From the NCBI RefSeq assembly GCF_009914755.1, contig NC_060937.1: a stretch of 64,000 nt of DNA; one strand, 5' to 3'. Source of the stretch: the human T2T-CHM13v2.0 reference genome, Homo sapiens. A model generated the notes under the pieces. It saw nothing but the letters and a program-made list of their open reading frames with translations. It made no database searches and was not told the origin of the DNA. The translations under genes and the position numbers were made by a program. Of this stretch, positions 25,771 to 39,409 are shown one piece after another; within the stretch, counting starts at the first letter, position 1; each line of letters starts with the position of its first letter.

Positions 25771-28224
25771 GTACAACTGGCATTGCGATATTTGATTACA
25801 ATTAAAACGTAGTCTGTATGTGGCTTTGAAGCAGAGATTGACGTGGATCAATATAATTTAGGGGGTATTTATTGGCTCAAATCATGATTATAGAGATTTT
25901 GGTAATTATAGCTTGCTTTTTCATTATTTGCAGTTACATCACTTGGTGATGGTGGTGTCATTTTACATGAAAGTACTTTGTTAAGTCTGATTAGAAGCAA
26001 TAAACTCACTGAAAATTCTAATTGTCATGGATTCTTTGATTTGCAGTTTGCATGTGCGAGAGACTAGAGCAAGAACATCTCATTTCTGAAACACGTGCAT
26101 ATTAATGCACTTGATGAATTTCATCCTCTGGCAGATGGTAATGAAGGACAGATCTTATGTAAAGTTTGGCATTAGGGGTGAAGGGTTGTGAGGGATATGG
26201 GGACAGTTTAGACATTGTCCCCTGACTGGAAGGAGCCTTGATACATAGGAGTCTAAGGGCATCCTTTATGGGAATAGTATTCCCAAAATTTCATTTAACT
26301 GTCTTCTATGAATCAACAGCCTCCAAGTAAAGAATGTGAGAATGTGAGGACCCTAGCTTTGAGATGGCAAAATGTTTCCTAAAAAAATTTCAAGATCTTC
26401 AGGGATCCAAGACATAAAAAAGAAAATATTTTCACACTTCATATATTTTTATTATTATCATCCATATAAAAAGGAAAGCTAAGAAATAGATTATGGCATT
26501 GATTCATTTATTAAAATTAATGATGTGTGAACCTGGATCCTTCCTTTAAAAGATACTAATCTTATCCTATATTAATACATAAAACTTTTTTGTCATAATT
26601 TTAAATTGTTTTAGAATCCAGGAACAAAATGTTCAACTACTGGTGTTATGTCTCTTCAAAGTTATTAGCTGCTTAAAATCACCAGTTTTTCTTTGAGTTT
26701 GATTTAGTGTGAAAACATTTGTGTGTTTATAAAACAAGTATTTGACACTATAGTTTTAGCTTTTTTGATTTGTTTAGTCAGCATTAATGACTGCATTTAT
26801 GGCTGGATTTATGATTAATCTGCTGATGAAAATTTATCACACTTGGCTACTTCTAAAGAATAATTTATCATCTGCCATCATTTTCTTTAACTTAATCTCT
26901 CCTCCAAACACTGACATTAACTGAAATTGTCCTTTTTAATATAAGTAAACTTTATCTCTCATAAAATGAGAAAAAAAAACATTTTGATGAAATATTTGCC
27001 TACATGGAAAAAAATTGTAATCAGGGATTGTGGAAGATTTGGCAAAAATGATATCTGAAAGTTTTCACAGTTGTGGCATACATATGAAACCTTCCTTGAA
27101 GATCTTTCTTTATGTTATGTAAGCACCAAATCAGTAAACAGATCCACGAGTGTAGGTACTCTTTGTGATTCCTTTCATTATGGGAAATATTCTTCCACAG
27201 TTGAGTATGTAAGCATTGATGTCAAGAGATAATTATACTTTATTTTCTAGAGACTCACTTAATTTCTGGTAAGTGAAGACTATGTCTTTTGCTAGCACCA
27301 CTGAAGCATGTTGTATTTTAAAATAAGATATAAATTAATTTGCTTTATATGCACAGTTTGAGTGTTTACATATTCCTTTCTCTGATACTCACTGAAGCAC
27401 AGTGTTTCTTGGGATATTTTCTGAAGACTTAATAAAATTTGAAACTTTCATCTACTATTGAAAACTTAATAAAACTGGGATTCATAGTGGGAAAAAATGT
27501 CTAAAGTTAATATCTCACCTTCTGTACGTGACATTCAGAGGACGATTATAATTTGTTCTGTGGGTAGTCTAAAATTAATTTTCTGCTTCTTTATTTATTA
27601 GATTTTTCTTTCTCACACTGTTTAGATAGATTTTTTTTTCTGGGCTCTTTTATTAGTGTAGAAAAAATATGGAGCCTAAAAAAAATTTGAAATCCTTAGC
27701 CAATATTGTTTCGCAGTGCTCATTTAGTACATTTTCAAATAATTTAAAAGAAGGGTTTAAATTCCAATACTACCTAAGCACAAATATGATATTTTTCTTA
27801 TTTCAGGGTCATTGTCATCACTTTCAAAGACAGTCTCAGGAATAAAGGAAGATACAGATTTACCTACTTGAAAAAGTAAGTGACTTTTTTGAATTGTTGT
27901 GATTAATTGATCCAGTTTCAATTTGAGGGAAAGGGCTAGATCGTTGTCAAGATACACACATTCTTCCATTGATATAGCCGGCCTGTATACCTATTTGGCC
28001 ATCATAACCTCGAACTGAGTAAATAAAGGCAATACCAAAGGTTTTACAAGTCACAGAGTGGGTGATCATTTACTATGGACTCTGAATGCTAGCACACCTC
28101 TGAGGATAAGCCCCCCAGTAAGCTGACGCTGTGTCTGAGTTTCCATTCAATTAAGTTCAAGACAGTTTTCTCATCTGTTCTGTAGAAGTGAAAGTTGCTA
28201 TTTCTTTAGGGAAAAGTTAGATGC

Positions 28225-28320
28225 CAATGGCTCAGCATCCTTATCTTTAAAATGGGAATACAAATCATACCTATTCCACAGAATTAATATAAGGAATACA
28301 TGGATATTGTCTAGTAGATA
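28225..28320 (+). mobile_element. MIR core fragment
   Basis: 'ctcagcatccttatctttaaaatgggaata...atacctattccacaga' resembles the MIR core. Confidence 0.55.
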
Positions 28321-29184
28321 TCAATATGCTGTTTATCATTATCTTTTATTTACTGAGCAAAATCAAATAGATTATTATCAGTGAGCTTACATTTCCTTTC
28401 ATTCTTGATTTGTTTTTTTTTCTTTTTTATGACCAAAATGTTATGATGAAAAGTTAAAAAAAATCAGTTTCGGTGTTTTTGTTTTAAACTGCAATAGTAT
28501 AATTCAGGAACAAATTTCAGAAAGAAATGAAGACAGGCGTAACTAAAAGGTGCTGATGGCCAGAAACCCTGAGTTGTCAATAATAAAGGAGATTCTTCTC
28601 TCTTGCTGCTGGATTTCAGATACTCTTCTATCTCTCAGATTGAAGCTCTGCGTCTCTCAGAAATATGGCTGTCATTGGCCTTCTAGTCAAGGCTTTCAGA
28701 TTAACTGACTTATTTATTTTTATATTTTGATGGGGACATAGGAGATAAAAGAGTTTGTGTTTTGACTAACTGGAGAATTTGTCAGTTGATATTGGAAAGA
28801 ATGTCTGCCTTTTTTTTCTGATAACCTAAACAAGATGAGAAAAATTTAAAGATAAATTTTCCATAATAATAATGGTAATGGTAATATTGTAGTAGATCAG
28901 AGGGTATGGGAATTATATTTGTTGATCTAATATATTCACATATTTTAATGTCTTAGATATAACTTTTGTTAAAATAGATTCTACCTGTGGTAAAATCAAT
29001 TAGAAGCACATCTAGAAGGGAGGAAGCAATAGATATTCTCTTCTTCTAAAGAACAAAACAAAACAAAAACATTTACGAACCTGTTTAACAGTATGTGTTC
29101 CAAAGCTTATCTGGCAGTTTTATTTGCTAAACTTAATGAGAGAAAGAAGACTTGTTGTTAAAATATGAAATGTATTTATTAAGA

Positions 29185-29812
29185 ATCACATTTATTCAGT
29201 ATTCACTTGATATTCAGCACCATTCTAGGCGCTGGGGCAGGACAATGAACCAAACAGTCATGTCCATGTTTTCCTGGAGTTATATTCCAGGCAGGAAGAA
29301 AGAAAATGAACAATGGGGGAGAAATTCTTCAGAGGATTGTAAGTACTAGAAAAAAATAAACCGGGTAAATTGTAAAGAGAGTGAAAGTAGATGGGGTGTT
29401 GGTGAGATTTCGATCTGACTGATGAAAGGAGCTACCTATGGCAGATCAGGAATGAGAATGACAGATAGGGGGCAGCAGAGCTGAGATCCTTAGGCAGGCG
29501 CGGGCTTGGTGTTTTTGAAAAACACAAAGGGCTGGGCATGGTTGGCTCACACCTGTAATCCCAGCACTTTGAGAGGCCGAGGCGGGTGGATCACCTGAGG
29601 TCCGGAGTTCGAGACCAGCCTGACCAACAAGGAGAAACACCGTCTCCACTAAAAATACAAAATTTAGCCGGGTGTGGTGGCACATGCCTGTAATCCCAGC
29701 TACTCAGGAGGCTGAGGCAGGAGAATCACTTGAAACCGGGAGGCGGAGGCTGTGGTGAGCCGAGATTGCGCCACCGCACTCCAGCCTGGGTGACAGAGCA
29801 AGACTCCATCTC

Positions 29813-29843
<31 letters not shown>

Positions 29844-30140
29844 GAAAACCACAATGGAGGTCAGCGTAGTATGTGTGATGGAGGATAGTAAAGAAGGGGT
29901 GATTCGAGGGAGATGAGACTTGAGCAACGGGCAGAACCAGTATGTGGAGAGACATATTTAAGCTATGGTTAAAAAAAAAAAAAAAAAAGGAGAGCTTTAA
30001 GCAATGCAGTAAAATGATATGATTTGTGTTTTAAAATGAACGTGATTCTTGCATAACTGCATTTACACACTCTGATAAATAAGAGATCACAGTGATAAAG
30101 ACCAGAATCTGTATGAGATGCAATTATTGTAATACTATGT
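29185..30140 (-). mobile_element. L2 fragment interrupted by an Alu
   Basis: 'catttattcagtattcact...gcaccattctaggcgctgggg...atgaac' resembles the reverse L2 3' end. It continues after the Alu. Confidence 0.65.
29530..29843 (+). mobile_element. AluS (Sp/Sx-like)
   Basis: Full dimer with A-rich tail. Degenerate TSD gaaaaacacaaag / gaaaaccacaatg. Confidence 0.95.
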
Positions 30141-30892
30141 GACAATTTTGGGTTTATTTTCATTAACTACTTAGTAATAAAAAGAGATCAGTGGAGGTCT
30201 TTGGAAAAATAAAATCTAACTGAAAGATACAAATCTAATCCAATAATATCACTCAAAATCTTATGAATAACCACCAAATGATAGTATCTAGAAATTTAGT
30301 TCTGCTATTATGATTCAAACTTGACCTACACTCACTTTTAAAGTGCTGTCAACAAATTAATTATTGGATATCTACTATATATTACATTACTGTTAACATG
30401 ACCAGGGATCTGGAATTCTCTATTCAAATCTGCCTTATGAAAGATAAGCAATATAATTGTATTACCTGTATGCATACAGATATACAATTTAATATTTCCT
30501 TTCAATAAAAGCTCACTTTGTTGTATACTGTAACTTTCTATAGGGAGACAATAAATGTTGAATTTTGAAGATTAATGCAATGATAACATGACAATACTTT
30601 TAAAAGATCCAAAAATCCAACTTTCCACAAAGAAAATTTATTCTTTGCATTTGGTAATAGAATTGATATCATTTAATATTTAGCATTCTTATCACTATTT
30701 TGAATTTTGAATAATTATTATTCAAAAATACTGCTAAAAGAGCACCATATGTAATAATGATAGATTTATCAATGAAATTGAATATTACTTTATCCCTCTG
30801 TTGCTCAGTATTAGCCAATGATTAGAGCCTGACCTTCTCCGAAGAACTGAATCATTTGATCATGTCTATTTTATGTTTATAGTTTATATGCT

Positions 30893-31667
30893 TTGGTACA
30901 CAGAAACACAGCTTCCCCAGAGATGTTCATCCTCTAATCCCAAGAACCTGTGACTATATTACTTCACAGTGAAAAGGGGTCTTGTGGATTTGATGAAGTC
31001 GACAATCCCGTGATGGGGACATGATCTTAGATTGCCTTGGGTGGTCCTGATGTTATTACAGAGGTCCTTCTAAGAGGGAGAGTGGGTCTGGCATAGTGAC
31101 TCACACCTGTAATCCCAGCTCTTTGGGAAGCCGGGGCAGGTGGATCATTTGAGGTCAGGAGTTTGAGACCAGCCTGGCCAACATGGTGAAACCCCGTCTC
31201 TACTAAAAATACAAAAAATTAGCCAGGTGTGGTGATACATGCCTGTAATTGCAGCTACTCAGGAGGCTGAGGCAGGAGAATTGCTTGAACCTGGGAGGCG
31301 GAGGTTGCAGTGAGCCAAGATCATGCCCTTTGCACTCCAGCCTGGGTGACACAGCGAGACTCTGTCTCAAAAAAAAAAAAAAAAAAAAAAAAAAAGGGAG
31401 AGTAGAGGTCAGAGGAGAGAAAGCAACATGACAAAGGAGGCAGAGATTGGAACGATGAGCCCCTAAGAATAAGAAAAGGAAGACTGGAAAAGACAAGGAA
31501 CATATTTTCCCTGGAGCCACCAGAAGGAACTTGCCCTGATGATAGCTGGATTTCAGAGACATAAAGTTCATTTCAGACTTCTGACCTCTAGAACTGAACA
31601 TAATACATCTGGGTTATTTTAAGCCAATAGGTATATAGCCATTTGTTGTAGTGGAAACTAACAAACA
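30893..31667 (+). mobile_element. MLT1D-like solo LTR split by an Alu
   Basis: 5' part 'agatgttcatcctctaatcccaagaacctgtgactat'. 3' part 'ccctggagccaccagaaggaac...cagacttctgacctctagaactg...ttttaagcca'. Confidence 0.85.
31085..31394 (+). mobile_element. AluS (Sx/Sz-like)
   Basis: Full dimer with long polyA. TSD agggagagt at 31075-31083 and 31395-31403. Confidence 0.95.
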
Positions 31668-33099
31668 CGCTAAATTGTATTAATATGATACAAGAGATAA
31701 GATGAAATTCTAAAATAAAAAAATAATAATAATACATATTCCTAATTCTCTCCTAAGAAGTTGGAAGAGAAGAATTAGGCATTACTTAGAGATGTAAAAT
31801 TATCATCTACTACATAAAACAACTTTATATTCGTTTTTGTGAAATATACTTGAAAGCAAACATATGAGTTTCCTCTAAAAAAGCATTCAATTGAAAATAA
31901 CCTTTGGGGATATTGAAGACTATTAGTTTTCAAATATTATTTATGTTTATGTCTCCCTCATATTTTTGGGGGGGAAAAAAGTACGTAACGTGTGGAATTT
32001 ATGAGGACAAAGTCCTCCCTTCACCTGCATGCACATCTGTGGTCTCTAACCAGAGTCTTAAGAAGCCCTCACATATGTTCATGGCTGAAAGAATGGGGCT
32101 AATGCATCTAGGGTGCTTCTGATCACAGTTAGATCTCATCCTATTTCATCCTTTGTGTCATGCACAGGACAGCATAATTGTAAAATGCCATACCACAGTC
32201 TGACATAGTGCAGCTCCGCCTCAGGTAGGAATTGTTTCTGAGGGTGCTATGCCTCAGATCACTGTTTTAAAGCTCTTTAAACCTTAACCAAAACAGTGAG
32301 GCTCCTTTTGGCTTGAGGACATTACTTTTTGTCATTGTAACAACTACAAGTTCAAATGTGAGGAAGCTTTTTTTTTTTTTTTTTTTTTTTTAATGCACAT
32401 TGTTCACTTTTTGCTTTGAGCTCCAGCTGTGAGTGGAATTAACTTTCAAAATAAAGAAAATGGCCTCTGCAGCTGGGGAAGAAAATTTGGGGCCCACTTG
32501 AATCAGGCTCAGTTAGTGAAAGGAGAAAATATCACGAATATCCTTCCACTACTTTGGTGTCACTGTAGGAGGCCTTTTGTTGAAAGAATCCAAACATTAT
32601 TCTGCCTTCCCAACTTCTGACTGCATGGATGGGTAGCGGTCCTTATGAAAACCTGTTCTTAGAAAAATGCTGGTTTTGGTCACCATTTTTCTAAGAGGGA
32701 AGGAGTCTTTCAAGGAAATGCACTCTTAATAACAAGAACAGGATTACATATCTAAGTCATCCGGACTCTTGAATTCAAAGCCTAAATAATGGAATGATGT
32801 GTAACACATTTTCTGGTTACTAGTTTCCTGAGCTTCCAATTCTGGTATGCAACTATTTGTAAAATCATATTTGTATGCCATTTAAGTATTTCACTGATTA
32901 AACTCTGTAATAAAATTTAGTTTTTACTATATTTAAGAATACAACATTATTTGTAATAACTCCGGGTGTGTTAAATTATGTCCTTGTGTTACTTTTCAAA
33001 ACTAAACAATGAACCTATTTGTTCTTATTATAACTTGCAATGAGAAAAAACAGAAACATAATTCAATTTTGCAGTGAATTTATTTTTATTGTTCTTATG

Positions 33100-34010
33100 T
33101 ATATTGATTTATCAATTTTTTTGAGTACCTGCTCTGGATCAGGCATTGTTCTAGACATTGGAAATTGATGTGGAACAAAACATATGATACCCTTGTATTC
33201 ATATAGCATTAATTTTTGTGGGAAAATGTAGGCCATAAACTAGGAAACGAATGTTAAGATTATCTCAGATAGTTGTAAACATGACAAGGAAAATAAAACA
33301 GAAAGTGATGGCAGTGGGGCATTAGAGATTGATCAGAGAAGATTTTCCTGCGAAGACCTAGCTGGTGAGTCATGCAGAGACCTGACAGAAGGGTTTTCCA
33401 GGCTGAGAGAACAACTGAATTAGTCTGTTCTTGCACTGCTATAAAGAAATATGTCAGACTGGGTAAATTACTAAAAAAATAAAAAATAAAAAAGAGAGCG
33501 AGAGAGAGGTTTAATTCACTCACAGTTCCATAGGCTTTACAGGAAGCATGATACTGGCCTCTGCTTGGCTTCTGAGGAGGTCTTAGAAAACTTCAAATCA
33601 TGGCGGAAGGCAAAGGGGAAGGAGGTCTTCCTTACATGGCCAGAGCAGAAGGAAAGAGAGTGGGAGAGAGTGGAGAGGTGACACACACTTTTAAACAATC
33701 AGATCTCATGACACCTCACTCACTCTACAGTACCAAGGGGAGATGGTGCCAAACCGTTCATGACAGCTCTGCCCCCATGATCCAGTCACCTCCCTCTAGG
33801 CTCTACCTCTAATATTTTGGATTACAATTCCACATGAGATTTGGGTGGGGACACAGATCCAAACCATATCAACAACAAACACCAGTCCTCGAGGCTTTCA
33901 TATATTTGGACATCTTAGTGGAGGAGAGGTATGTGGAAGGAAGGTAGAAAACTTAGGTAGGAGCTAGATCAAGCAGAGATTTTGGAAGTGTGGGTTTCTA
34001 TTTCCCAGAT
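33100..34010 (-). mobile_element. L2 fragment split by an MST LTR
   Basis: 'ttgagtacctgctctggatcaggcattgttctagacattgg...gaacaaaa' resembles the reverse L2 3' end. Confidence 0.6.
33416..33871 (-). mobile_element. MSTA/MSTB solo LTR
   Basis: Reads 'tgaattagtctgttcttgcactgctataaagaaat...gagatttgggtggggacacagatccaaaccatatca'. Perfect 5-bp TSD acaac at 33411-33415 and 33872-33876. Confidence 0.93.
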
Positions 34011-34061
34011 GACTTTCTATGCTATTATACAGAGAAAGTCTGCCCTCTGCTACATATTTCT

Positions 34062-34278
34062 TTCTTTCTTTCTTTCTTTTTTCTTTTTTCTTTTCTTTTA
34101 TTTTATTTTTGAGACAGAGTCTCGCTCTGTCACCTAGGCTGGAGTGCAGTGGCATGATCTCGGCTCACTGAAAGCTCCACCTCCCCGGTTCTCGCCATTC
34201 TCCTGCCTCAGTCTCCCAAGTAGCTGGGACCACAGGTACCCACCACCACGCCTGGCTAATTTTTTTTTTTGTAGTTTT
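34062..34278 (-). mobile_element. 5'-truncated AluY-like element (right monomer only)
   Basis: Y-type motifs 'aagctcc' and 'cgccattctcc'. Perfect 16-bp TSD tctgctacatatttct at 34046-34061 and 34279-34294. Confidence 0.92.
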
Positions 34279-36324
34279 TCTGCTACATATTTCTAATGAT
34301 CATTTGAGTTGATTAGAATATCATGAAGTTATGGTAATTTGTTTTCTTTGTTTGAAGAGATTCTTCAGCCTATGACCCTCAATGATTCTTGCCAACACTG
34401 ACATAGTTTAGATTTTCTCTCCATCATATTATAACATCAGATTAAAAAGAGGGATACATTTGTTTTTCCTGAGGGTTCAAAGAGCCAGTTAAGTCTTAAT
34501 AAAGCTTCAAAAGGTTGCTTTTAAGTAACCTAAGTGCCTTGTTTAAGTATTTTTTGGAGTATTCCTTTTTTGACTATATTACAACTATGTTGAGAGTTAC
34601 ATAGCAAAGAAAAAGCAGAGATGAAACATGTTTTTCATATTCACTTCCTCCTTTTTCATCTTGCTGAGTTTTCTCTCCTTCACCCACTACTTCCAACATA
34701 TCTTGATGTTAAATTTCTATCCCTTAACATAATTCCCTAGGCTATTAGTTCATTCATCCCATTCTGAGTTGCATATAATGAATCACTATTTTTTCAACAT
34801 CAGACTGTACTAGACCTCCTTTAATGAAATCATCTATGTCATCTCATCACTTCAGGTAAAAACAATTTTCCATATGTTATACATGCTTCTCATGACTGCT
34901 AAGATGCCGTCATGGTTACATACTACCTAGTTTACATTGAGAAGACAGAATGGCAGCTTACTAGAAAATAATTCTCAAAAGCTGTAGAGCTATTCATCAG
35001 CTAGTCTCGGCTGCTATTGAATGAATTTCCATGATTAAGACCTGGGCACTGTGCAGGCAGTCATAGAATCTGCTCTTTTCATGGAACTTGATAAATTAAT
35101 TAGTCATCTTGTGATTATGTGGCTCTGTTAGGAAGAACAAAGTATTGCTTGCATAGCTTGAGATAAACAAGAACATACTGCTTTGTTCTCCTTTTTTTTA
35201 AAAAAAAATAATTCTGAGCAGTTAAATATCTTTAAAACAGATAAGGTTACTAATACTGTATATAGTAAGAATCCAGTCAGTTAAGCCTAAATCTCAGAAA
35301 AGACACCAAATACACAGCATTCAAATAAGAGCTAAATTAAGTCTAGTGAGATGAAAATATATCTGTAATAACTTGATATTGTGTGTGAAATAATACATCT
35401 GCAATTGAATTTTTAAATTTACAATTAGTTGTAATATCGTATGGTCATAAACAATGGTATGAGAATGTAGGAGAAAAAATAGTTTGAAGGAACAAACAAG
35501 CAAACAAATATAAACACACATACATACAGAATATATGACATAACATCATTGTTGAATAAGCATTTATTTATAACTTACTGTATACATGCTGCTGTACATA
35601 TTCATATGAAAGACTATTCAAGGGAAATATTTTTCCAAAATAATTTTGATATAACATTGTCCAAGAAATATTAAGATTTCAATGTTTCTGTCACATTACA
35701 AGAAGAATGATATTATCATTCCCTCACTTTTAAGAGTCTTCAGTGGGCACTGGATCTTTACAATCTATTATGATGCCTTCAGGCTTCATTATTTGTAAAA
35801 AGATGGAAACATAACTTCAAGATATAGGAAAGCAATGTTAAGGATGGTTAAATGCCTTATTTCATATTGAAAGTGTTTGCTGTTGTTTTTAGATCTAGTA
35901 AAAAAAAAAATCTCAAGGCAATTTACAGGCAATGAATTTGTGGTAGCACAGAAACATGAGAGAGATAAGAAAAACTGTCAAAAATAATCATGAAAAAAAT
36001 TCCAACCATCAGGAATCCTCAATATATTTGACAGACTTAGTTTGGGCTGACTTTCTAAGGCACAGAAACTCTTTTCAAATCTCTATTTGAGATTTTTGTC
36101 TTCTCTGTGAATCTAGTAAATCTCAATCAGGGAGGCCGTTTGGATCTTTCTAGTCTACAAATCCAACAGCATTGATGACTTTCACCATGAATAGTGTCAA
36201 CCTCCCGTTTCATTTCAAAGTACACCCTGCCATTTGGAGTTCATGCATTAGTGGGAAAGTATATCATCAATTTGCATTAGAATCGACTCAAAGCATGGGG
36301 AGAGTGAACTGATCAAATGGGAAC

Positions 36325-36655
36325 TGCTGTATATGGCTGTCTCCAAATGTATGAAGAGCTGTGATGTGGAAGGAGGGTAAGATAAATTCTCTGCAGTTGT
36401 AAGGTTCAGAAATAGGACCAAAGTCAGAAGTCACAGAGAGACAGATTTAACTCAGTGAGAGGAAGTACTCTCTAGCCCTGAAATTACTCACAGAATGGAT
36501 TTGCTGTGAATGGAGAGAATAAGTACACTAGAAGAATTCAACAAGGGTCAGAATAACTGTCTATCAAGGTATCACAATGTAGATCATGGCAATTTTCAGT
36601 AGAAGATTAGCATGTGTAATTATGTAAGGCAGTTTCTCAGACCTAAGATTCTCTG
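36325..36655 (+). mobile_element. L3/CR1 LINE 3' end
   Basis: 'gctgtctccaaatgtatgaagagctgtgatgtggaagg...taggaccaaagtcagaagtcacagagagacagatttaactcagtgagaggaag' and the tail 'ctaagattctctgatt' resemble L3. Confidence 0.75.
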
Positions 36656-37669
36656 ATTATAATCAGATTCGTTGCACTATTATTATTTTTCATAAAATCT
36701 AAACATTTTCATGTCAATAGAAAATATCAGATTACATTTTTGCTGTATTTGTTGTAACAAATTTGGTATTAAAATACACTATAAATACTACTGGTTATAA
36801 AAATGTTATTAGATACCCAAAACTTTTAAAAAATGACAATATACTGAAGCTCTATAGGAGTGATTTGAATGAACTAATTTAAAAAGAATAAAATAAAAGT
36901 TTCTCTCACACTGTTAAAATGATTGGGAAAGGCTTCTTGACACTGGTCTTAGCAATGATTTCTTAAACTTGACACTAAAAGCACAGGGAGCAAAATCGAA
37001 AATAGACAAATGAGACCACATAAAACCAAAAAGAAAGCTTTTCACAGCAGAAGAAACAATCAACAGAATGAATGACAATCCATGGAATAGGAAAAAATAT
37101 CTGTAAGCCACCTATCTGATAAGGAGTTAATATCCAAAATATATAGAAATCTCCTATCCTATACTCAATAGCCAAAAAACAAATAATCTGATATTTTAAA
37201 TGGGCAAAGAATTTGAATAGACATTTCTACAAAGAAGACATACAAAGAAGGCACACAAATATAACCAATAGATATGTGAAGGGTGAACTGACTAATTATC
37301 AGGGAAATGTAGATTGAAGCCGCAATGGTACATCACCTCACACCCTGAGGGTGGCTATTATAAAAAACAAAGATAAATGTTGGCAAGTTTGTGGAGAAAA
37401 AGGGAACTCCTGTATGCCGTTGATGATAATGTTTATTAGTAAACCATTATGGGAAACAGTATGGAGGTTCCTTGAAAAATTAGAAATAACACTACCATAT
37501 GATTTAGAAATCCTACTTTTGGATATGTATCCAAAAGAATTGAATAAGGATCTTGAAGATATTTCTGCACTCCCATGTTAATTGCAACATTAATCAACAT
37601 ATAGAAACAACCCAATGTCCATTAACAGATAAATGGATAAGGAAAATGGGGGATATATTTATATATATA

Positions 37670-37682
37670 GAGAGAGAGAGAG

Positions 37683-37713
<31 letters not shown>
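37670..37713. repeat. (GA)n microsatellite following a short (AT)n
   Basis: Read directly. Confidence 0.9.
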
Positions 37714-37717
<4 letters not shown>

Positions 37718-38013
37718 TATTCTTTTAAAAAAGGAAAAAAGGAGATCCTACTATTTTTGACAACATGGGTAAACTTAGAGGACATTATTCTAAATGAAAT
37801 AAACCAGCAAAGACAAAATACTATATAATTCTACTTATATGAGGTATCTAAAATAGTTAAATTCATGGAAACAGAGAATACAGTGGTAGTTTTCAGGTAC
37901 TGGAAGGAAGAGAAAATGCAGAGTAGTTCAATGCATATAAAATTCATTATGAAAAACAAGTAAGTTCTAAAGAGCTACTGTACAGCCCCCCATTACTTGT
38001 ACATATGCACATT

Positions 38014-38103
38014 ATTTGTACCTATACAAATATGTACACCATTTGTACCTATACAAATATCTACACCATTTGTATCTATACAAATATGTACACCATTTGT
38101 ACC
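38014..38103. repeat. 27-bp tandem repeat x3.3, each unit a small hairpin
   Basis: atttgtacctatacaaatatgtacacc at 38014, 38041 and 38068. atttgta/tacaaat is an inverted repeat. Confidence 0.92.
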
Positions 38104-38389
38104 CCATGTGTACCTGTAGTTAAAAATACACTATTGTGTACTTTAAAATTACTTAAAAGTGGATCTCATGTTGAGTGTTCTTAACACAAAAGCAAATCAA
38201 AAATGAACACAAGGTAATTTTTGGAGATGCTGGATGTTTAATACTTTTATTATGGTGATGGTATCATAATTGTGTATATATGTTCAAACTAAAGAAAATG
38301 TATACACTAATGGTGTGCATTTTTTTGTATATCAGCTTGTCTCAATAAAGCTTGAAGTGTGTGGAACTTTACATATACACAGACACACC

Positions 38390-38580
38390 AATGAGTAAAC
38401 TAGGGAAATTTGAATTAAGTTGGTAGATTGTGTCAATGTCAGTATCCTACTTATGTTATTATACTATAGTTTTGTAAGTCCTTATCATTAGGGAAAATTG
38501 GGCAAAATGTACAAAGCATCATTCCATTTTTTTCTTACAACTTTATATGAATCTAAATTTGTATAAACAAATTTTTCAAA
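38390..38580 (+). mobile_element. Old L1M (MC/MD/ME-type) 3' end
   Basis: Reads 'gattgtgtcaatgtcagtatcct...tatactatagttttgtaag...ttagggaaaattggg...ttcttacaactttatatgaatcta'. Confidence 0.7.
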
Positions 38581-39409
38581 ATTGCTGGCAGAATTAATTC
38601 AGTGTGTAGTGGAAAGATCAAGATTAGCCTTTGTAGTTGCACATCAGTGATCAAATTTTGGCTAGCTTGATAGTGAGAAAGTTGTCACTAACAGATATTT
38701 GAGCTAAGTTTGGTTTTTGAACTTACGACAGTGGTTTGAAACATTCTTAAGTGACATTTTCCTCCTTGTTAGATCTTATTATTGCTCACAGCGTATGAAA
38801 GTCCCATTTAAGCAGCATTCAGTGAAGCAAATACTTATAAGCAAATTCCATGAGGTTAAAATTTATGGGATTAGTTATCTTATGTCTTTTTTGAATCTAC
38901 CTTTAAGCCAGCACTGTTTAATCAGGACATTTTAACAGGCATTAAGAACAGTTCAATCTGCAGATCACTCTTGGCTCAAACATATTAGAAGAGATGGAAT
39001 AAAGTATTGCATTGTATGCTTTTCAACTACTTGTTTCATTTTAAGGAAATTTTTTTATAAACTATTTAATACAATTTCTGGAAAGCAAAATAGCAGATTT
39101 CCCTCTTGAAATACTTGAATTTCGTAAGGTATGTCTTATACTATCTAGCATTGACTTATTTTCTACCATTAACTATACAGATACTGTCTGCATTTATTGC
39201 AGAAAGGCATTTTGTTTTTGGGTAAATGTAGACAACATTAATTATATTAATTAATTTCTAATAAATCATCAAATTTATGAAAATGTTTCATTCTTGTAAG
39301 AAAAGAATAAGACTAAGGAAATGTGACTATCCATTTTACCTTAAACATTGTGAATACATGTACCTGACTTGTTTATTTGAGGAAAACCCAAAATATATTG
39401 TAAAGATAT

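Larger units (their letters stand above)
36920..38355 (+). mobile_element. L1MA (approx. L1MA9-like) 3' portion with an internal (GA)n and a 27-bp tandem repeat
   Basis: ORF2 remnant 37351..37581 (PLWETVWRFLEKLEITLPYD). 3'UTR 'ggatctcatgttgagtgttctt...tggtgatggtatca...ctcaataaagc'. Confidence 0.9.
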
